Below, one piece after another: positions 59,517 to 64,000 of a stretch of DNA of 64,000 nucleotides. The stretch is from Utricularia gibba (Eukaryota > Plantae > Magnoliophyta), in the NCBI GenBank assembly GCA_002189035.1, contig NEEC01000007.1, forward strand, positions 1,178,001 to 1,242,000. The letters are read 5' to 3'. The notes under the pieces are model-generated. The model was not told the DNA's origin. It made no database searches and was given only the letters and a program-made list of their open reading frames with translations. Every line of letters begins with the position of its first letter. Within the stretch, counting starts at the first letter, position 1. Position numbers and translations under genes: made by a program.

Positions 59517-61413
59517 ATGGAGGAAGCAGGGGAACCCCTTCTGCGCCTGAAAGGTGAAAACTCTCCGACAAAATGGACGGCGTTCGTCGAAGAACTCCGC
59601 AGCGTAGGTGGGATTGCGATGCCGATGGTTCTTGTTCTGGTTTCGCAGTACCTGTTGAGAGCGGTTACGATGATGATGTTGGGTCATCTTGGGGAACTCG
59701 TTCTCGCCGGCGCCTCCCTCGCCACATCTCTTTCAAATGTTACTGGGTTCAGCCTAATTGTAAGTAATCTTTTTCTAGTATCCATTGTGGACGGGGACTG
59801 AAAAAATCCCTTTATGAAACACAGGTTGGTATGGCAAGCGCCTTGGAGACTCTCTGCGGTCAAGCCTACGGAGCAGGGCGTTATGAGAAAGTTGGGATTT
59901 ATACGACTGGTTCAATAATATGGCTGTTGGTGGCTTGTTTACCTGTCAGTTTGTTGTGGGTTTACACAGAAAAGCTTCTGATATTTCTTGGCCAAGATCC
60001 TTTGATTTCTAAAGAAGCCGGAGACTTCTCTTTATGGCTTATACCTTCCCTGTTTCCCTATTCCATTCTTCAGGCTCTTGTGCGTTATTTGCAGATTCAG
60101 AGTTTGATAACCCCCATGGTTATCAGTACAGTGCTCACTCTTATCATCCATGTCCCTCTTTCTTGGGCCTTTATATTCAAGTTTAATCTGGGAAATGCTG
60201 GTGCTGCTCTTTCTATTGGTCTTTCGTACTGGTTGAACGTGATCATGTTATCTATTTACGTGAAATACTCTGAAGCTTGCAAGAAAACCCGTGCTCCTTT
60301 CTCAAATGAAGTTTTTCTTACTGCGAGGGAGTTCTTCCACCTCGCCATCCCTTCTACTTTGATGCTATGGTAAAGTTGATCCTCCTCGAGTGGGACGGAT
60401 GGTTTTGTCTTTCGATCTCTGAAACTTGTTTGTGTTCTTGGGTGCAGTTTAGAGTGGTGGACGTACGAGATAGTCATTCTTCTAAGTGGGATATTGCCTA
60501 ATCCAGAGCTGGAAACATCAGTGCTGTCTATATGGTATGCTGGTCACCCTTGTGTTTCCGATTTGTGTTTCGAATCCGTAACTCCATTATATTTACTGAT
60601 AGCTGGTTTTCTTGAGCAGCTTGACGATAGTAACAATACACTTTCTTGTCCCATATTCTATTAGTGCAGCAGCAAGGTTCTCTCTGCTCACATTTTCCCG
60701 TAATTCTACTCTTCTGCATACTCCCTTACATGTTGAATTCTGATCGATGTAGCACTCGTGTCTCGAATGAGCTTGGCGCTGGGAAACCAGAGAAGGCTCA
60801 GGCTGTTCTTTTGGCTGTGATAGCTCTATCGTTAGCGGAGCTCGTCGTTGCGAGTGGCGTATTTTTCTGTTGCCGGTACATACTCGGCTATGCATTCAGC
60901 AACGAGAAGGATGTCGTTTCTTATGTTAAAGACATGGTTCCTCTCATCTGCTTCTCCGTCGTCATGGATGGCCTGCAAGCAGTGTTTTCAGGTGACTAAC
61001 TAACTTCACACTCACACCCATGCCCTTTTTCCGGCCAAACTCCTCCCATCGAAGCTTCTGCATTCATAGGAATCGCCAGAGGGGGTGGAAAGCAGCGCAT
61101 CGGCGCTTATGTGAACCTCGGAGCGTACTACATCGTAGGCCTCCCCGTCGCGATACTACTCGGATTCATTCTGAACTTGAAAGGGCGGGGCCTCTGGGGA
61201 GGATTGGTCGCCGGGAGCACTTTTCAAAGCCTTATGCTTGGCATTGTGGCCTTCTGTACTGATTGGCGTAAACAGGCATGTTGTTGTAGAGCATACAGCT
61301 TTGCATATGTCAAAAACTGCTGATGGAATGCTTTCTTTTTGCTGCTGCAGGCAATAGAAGCGAGGAAGAGGGTGATGGATGTGAAAACTGATGCTGCAGA
61401 TCAGTTGTTTTAG
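59517..61413 (+). CDS. MATE efflux transporter (DTX family), 7 exons, last intron GC-AG
   Basis: Exons 59517-59759, 59825-60369, 60448-60534, 60620-60676, 60753-60991, 61070-61275, 61351-61413. Motifs: [34 protein letters not shown] and GIARGGGKQ. Confidence 0.94.
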
Positions 61414-61883
61414 AACGCAGATTCATTCTGACTTCTTGCCTGAGAGCTCCTGATCCATCAAACTTGAGTTCTACGTTCGCCCTGCAAAGCTTGTAATAAG
61501 AGCGTTTAGTTTCAATCACAACCTCATCTGTAGCAGACTGTGATTCCCTGCTGCGTATCTATGCTTGGTCTTCTTCTTCCTTAGTCTCCGTTTTCCCATT
61601 CCACTACAGCATTCCGGTCGGTCGGTCTTGTCTGACTCAGTAGTGGACGACCCGAACTCCAAAGTCCGGTCATCTCAGGCAGGCGCTTGAGGCAGCATCA
61701 CGTCAATTCCCAACTGCGATCCCCGATTCCCGGTTCCCATGGCGACAAACACGTTCCTACGCCCGCTACCATCTCGCCACGTGAAGTCAGAATCTGCCAT
61801 CCGACTCGCTCACTCCCACTCTCTCTCCCTCTTTATATATCGCACCAAACAACCAGGTAACAACTCGGTTGGTTCCTTCCAAG

Positions 61884-62198
61884 ATGGCGAGCTTTCTGCT
61901 GTGTGGAGCAGCGAAACGGGGCCCCAAGAAGCGCGGTTTGATGGCCAAGATATCGTCGTGGAGGAAGGTGCGCGACGAGGAGGAGCACCGACGGCAGCGC
62001 AGGCCTCGTCCTCTACAAGAACAAGATGATGCCCGCGAGGAGGACGACGCCGTTTTGTGGACGAAGGCGATCTTGAAGGGAGATAGGTGCCGGCCGATCA
62101 ATTTCTCCGGCCGGATCCTCTACGATTGTCAGGGGAAACTTTTGCCCACGCCCACCCCCACGCCCGTACGGTCCAACGGTGGTTCGGTGTGTAGTTAG
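61884..62198 (+). CDS. Small conserved plant protein of unknown function
   Basis: 104 aa and intronless, with a TATA-like TTTATATAT upstream. The C-terminal motif LWTKAILKGDRCRPINFSGRILYDCQG resembles the recurrent plant motif LWQ(K/R)xILMGE(K/R)CxPLxFSGxIxYD (recalled). Confidence 0.75.
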   Translation: MASFLLCGAAKRGPKKRGLMAKISSWRKVRDEEEHRRQRRPRPLQEQDDAREEDDAVLWTKAILKGDRCRPINFSGRILYDCQGKLLPTPTPTPVRSNGGSVCS

Positions 62199-62741
62199 TA
62201 AGCGACGGAACTCAACTTGTAAATTAATATAAATAATGATAATTATAATAAATAAATAAAAGTGTCATATTATATACTTCCTCTTTATTTAATATATAAT
62301 AGTTTTTTTGTGTATTATTTGTACAATTAGAATAAAAAAATATAATATTTAAATATAAATAAAAAAGGGCAATGCTTGGGCCACGCTGGGTGCATATCTC
62401 ATGATGGATGACTCTTACAGCCCCGGCCCGTTTGGTTCAATTTGGATAAGCCCAAGTTGCATCCCATGACCCGTCGTCTATCCGCCGCCACAACCATCGA
62501 CGCCGCCGCACGGCAGCGGTAAGTCCGCGTTTATGGGAGCATTTTGGAGCTCTCATCTTGATTTCGCGATCGCATCTCCATTTCGTCAGCTCCTGCTGTT
62601 TCCATTTGATCTATTCTGCTGCTTATCGTAGTTTTTTTTTTTCGCTTATTCCTAATTTGTGATTTTGTTTGCAGAGAAGGGAAAAAGGGAGTAACTGTGA
62701 GCTTAATTGCCTGTGCTTTGGCACCCTACTGAAAGAACACT

Positions 62742-63604
62742 ATGCATACAATGTCGTCCGTCATTGGGCTTGATCCTTTTTCTGTCCGCGCCCCCCTGCA
62801 GTCGACGTCTCTGTGTACGTTTCAATGGAATCCGAAGTTTTCTCTACATGCCAAAGTTCCCAAGGCCAAATGCTTATATCCACTTCGGTTTCCTGTTTCT
62901 CCTGTGCTTTCTTCCAACGATGATGCTGTAAGTGTATTGGATTTTGAAGATTTTGCGGAGAAGAACTGGTCAATCCTGGATATGGAATACTCTAATGCTG
63001 ATGGACAGCTTATGCAGAAGATGGATAGAATAATTTCTGCAGGAAACATCAATGAAACTTCAAGGATTCTGGTTTCTTTTGGTTCAGAAGCTTTTGTAGA
63101 CAGACTGGTTTCCTCATCAGCTTTCCAACATCTACTCGTCGTTCACGACTCGCTTTTCGTGTTAGCATCCATCAAAGAGAAGTACGATAAGATCAAATGC
63201 TGGCAAGGGCCACTCAATGATATACCTGGCAAGTGGTCACCTTTTGATGTTCTGTTTCTCTGCTTCCTTCCTGCCTTGCCTCTTGATCTGGATCAGGTTC
63301 TCGCATCCCTTGGGAAACACTGTTCGCCCGGTAAGATTAAGGCCGAATATTGAGTCGATGAAGTGGTTTTACTATGCTTTCTCATATGAGCCATGGACAT
63401 GCAGGAGCCAGGGTGGTTATAAGTCATCCCCAAGGCAAGCAAGGTATTGAAGAACAAAAACAGAAATTCCCAAATGTGGTGGTCTCTGGTTTGCCCGAGC
63501 AAAGAACATTACTACAAGCTGCTGCGGAACATCAGTATCATGTGGTGGAAACTATCGATGATGGGGGATTCTACCTCTCCGTTTTGCAGCTCAATACTGT
63601 GTAA
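62742..63604 (+). CDS. Uncharacterised protein with transit-peptide-like N-terminus (possible SAM-methyltransferase-like fold)
   Basis: Exons 62742-63330 and 63405-63604 splice in frame (SPG|ARVVISHPQG). There is a 5' UTR intron at about 62520-62674. The fold assignment is an inference. Confidence 0.75.
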
Positions 63605-64000
63605 AATGCTTGGCAGCTTCCAGTTTTGACTTGACAATCAACATTACTCCTCTAGTTTACACTTCTGAAGGGAGCATGTATTGTGTGGCCAAAGGCAATA
63701 TTTTACAAAGAAAATTATGGCTAAGTGTGAGCTACCGATCAGACAAACGGCTTCTTGGCCTCATACTGCAGAGCAGCAAGCTAGAAGCTAAGTTTATACT
63801 ACAGAAATATGCTGATCTCTATTGAAATCTGCAGCTGCATAACATCAATGATGGATTCTGTCTAAAGAAAAACGGAGCTATAGAGTGAGTGCTTCCACCA
63901 ATCAAACAAATCAACCCACTACTGGTATCCTTCACCTGTATAACACCATAAACACAACCATTCACCTGGAATGCAATCTAAAGCTTTGATCGTCCTTCGA

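Noticed and set aside
30399-61413. Possible metabolic cluster (germin, HACL, KCS6, MATE, quinone reductase)
   Set aside because: The genes are interspersed with unrelated housekeeping genes, and there is no signature biosynthetic enzyme or tandem tailoring set. This is ordinary gene order.
1-64000. tRNA, rRNA, CRISPR, telomeric arrays, LTR or transposase sequences
   Set aside because: I found none by eye: no T-loop/cloverleaf motifs, no regular repeat-spacer arrays, and no RT, integrase or transposase motifs in the ORF track.

Overview
Plant (eudicot) nuclear DNA and very gene-dense: about 25 protein-coding genes, one U2 snRNA gene and two clear pseudogenes in 64 kb. Introns are short and I recognise no transposable element. 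Gene order: cytosolic seryl-tRNA synthetase (3' exon only), SEC11, U2 snRNA, DGK2, filament-like plant protein, SYP61, KIWI/PC4, AMT2/3 ammonium transporter, plastid GUF1/LepA, Rab escort protein, a kinase-like protein of unknown function, germin-like protein (plus a germin remnant), APC10, LIKE-COV, DDM1, NAA10, DUF1195, SCL15/HAM4 GRAS, FQR1-like reductase, AGP-like protein, a 14-3-3 pseudogene, KCS6/CER6, WEB/PMI-family protein, 2-hydroxyacyl-CoA lyase, MATE, a small conserved protein and a plastid-type unknown protein. Exon structures were derived by hand from GT-AG boundaries and remembered family sequences; no database search was run. Main caution: four otherwise intact genes (AMT, REP, GLP, HACL) each carry a -1 frameshift in a G/C homopolymer, which most likely reflects assembly error. 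I found no convincing new multi-gene system. The best leads are (i) a frameshifted germin gene whose GC-rich, stop-free 133-nt intron restores the frame if retained and contains a duplicated acceptor, (ii) an unannotated spliced 63-aa ORF with its own promoter signature at 54.2-54.5 kb, (iii) an unexplained coding-like region at 42.6-44.3 kb, and (iv) a DFG-less kinase-like protein.
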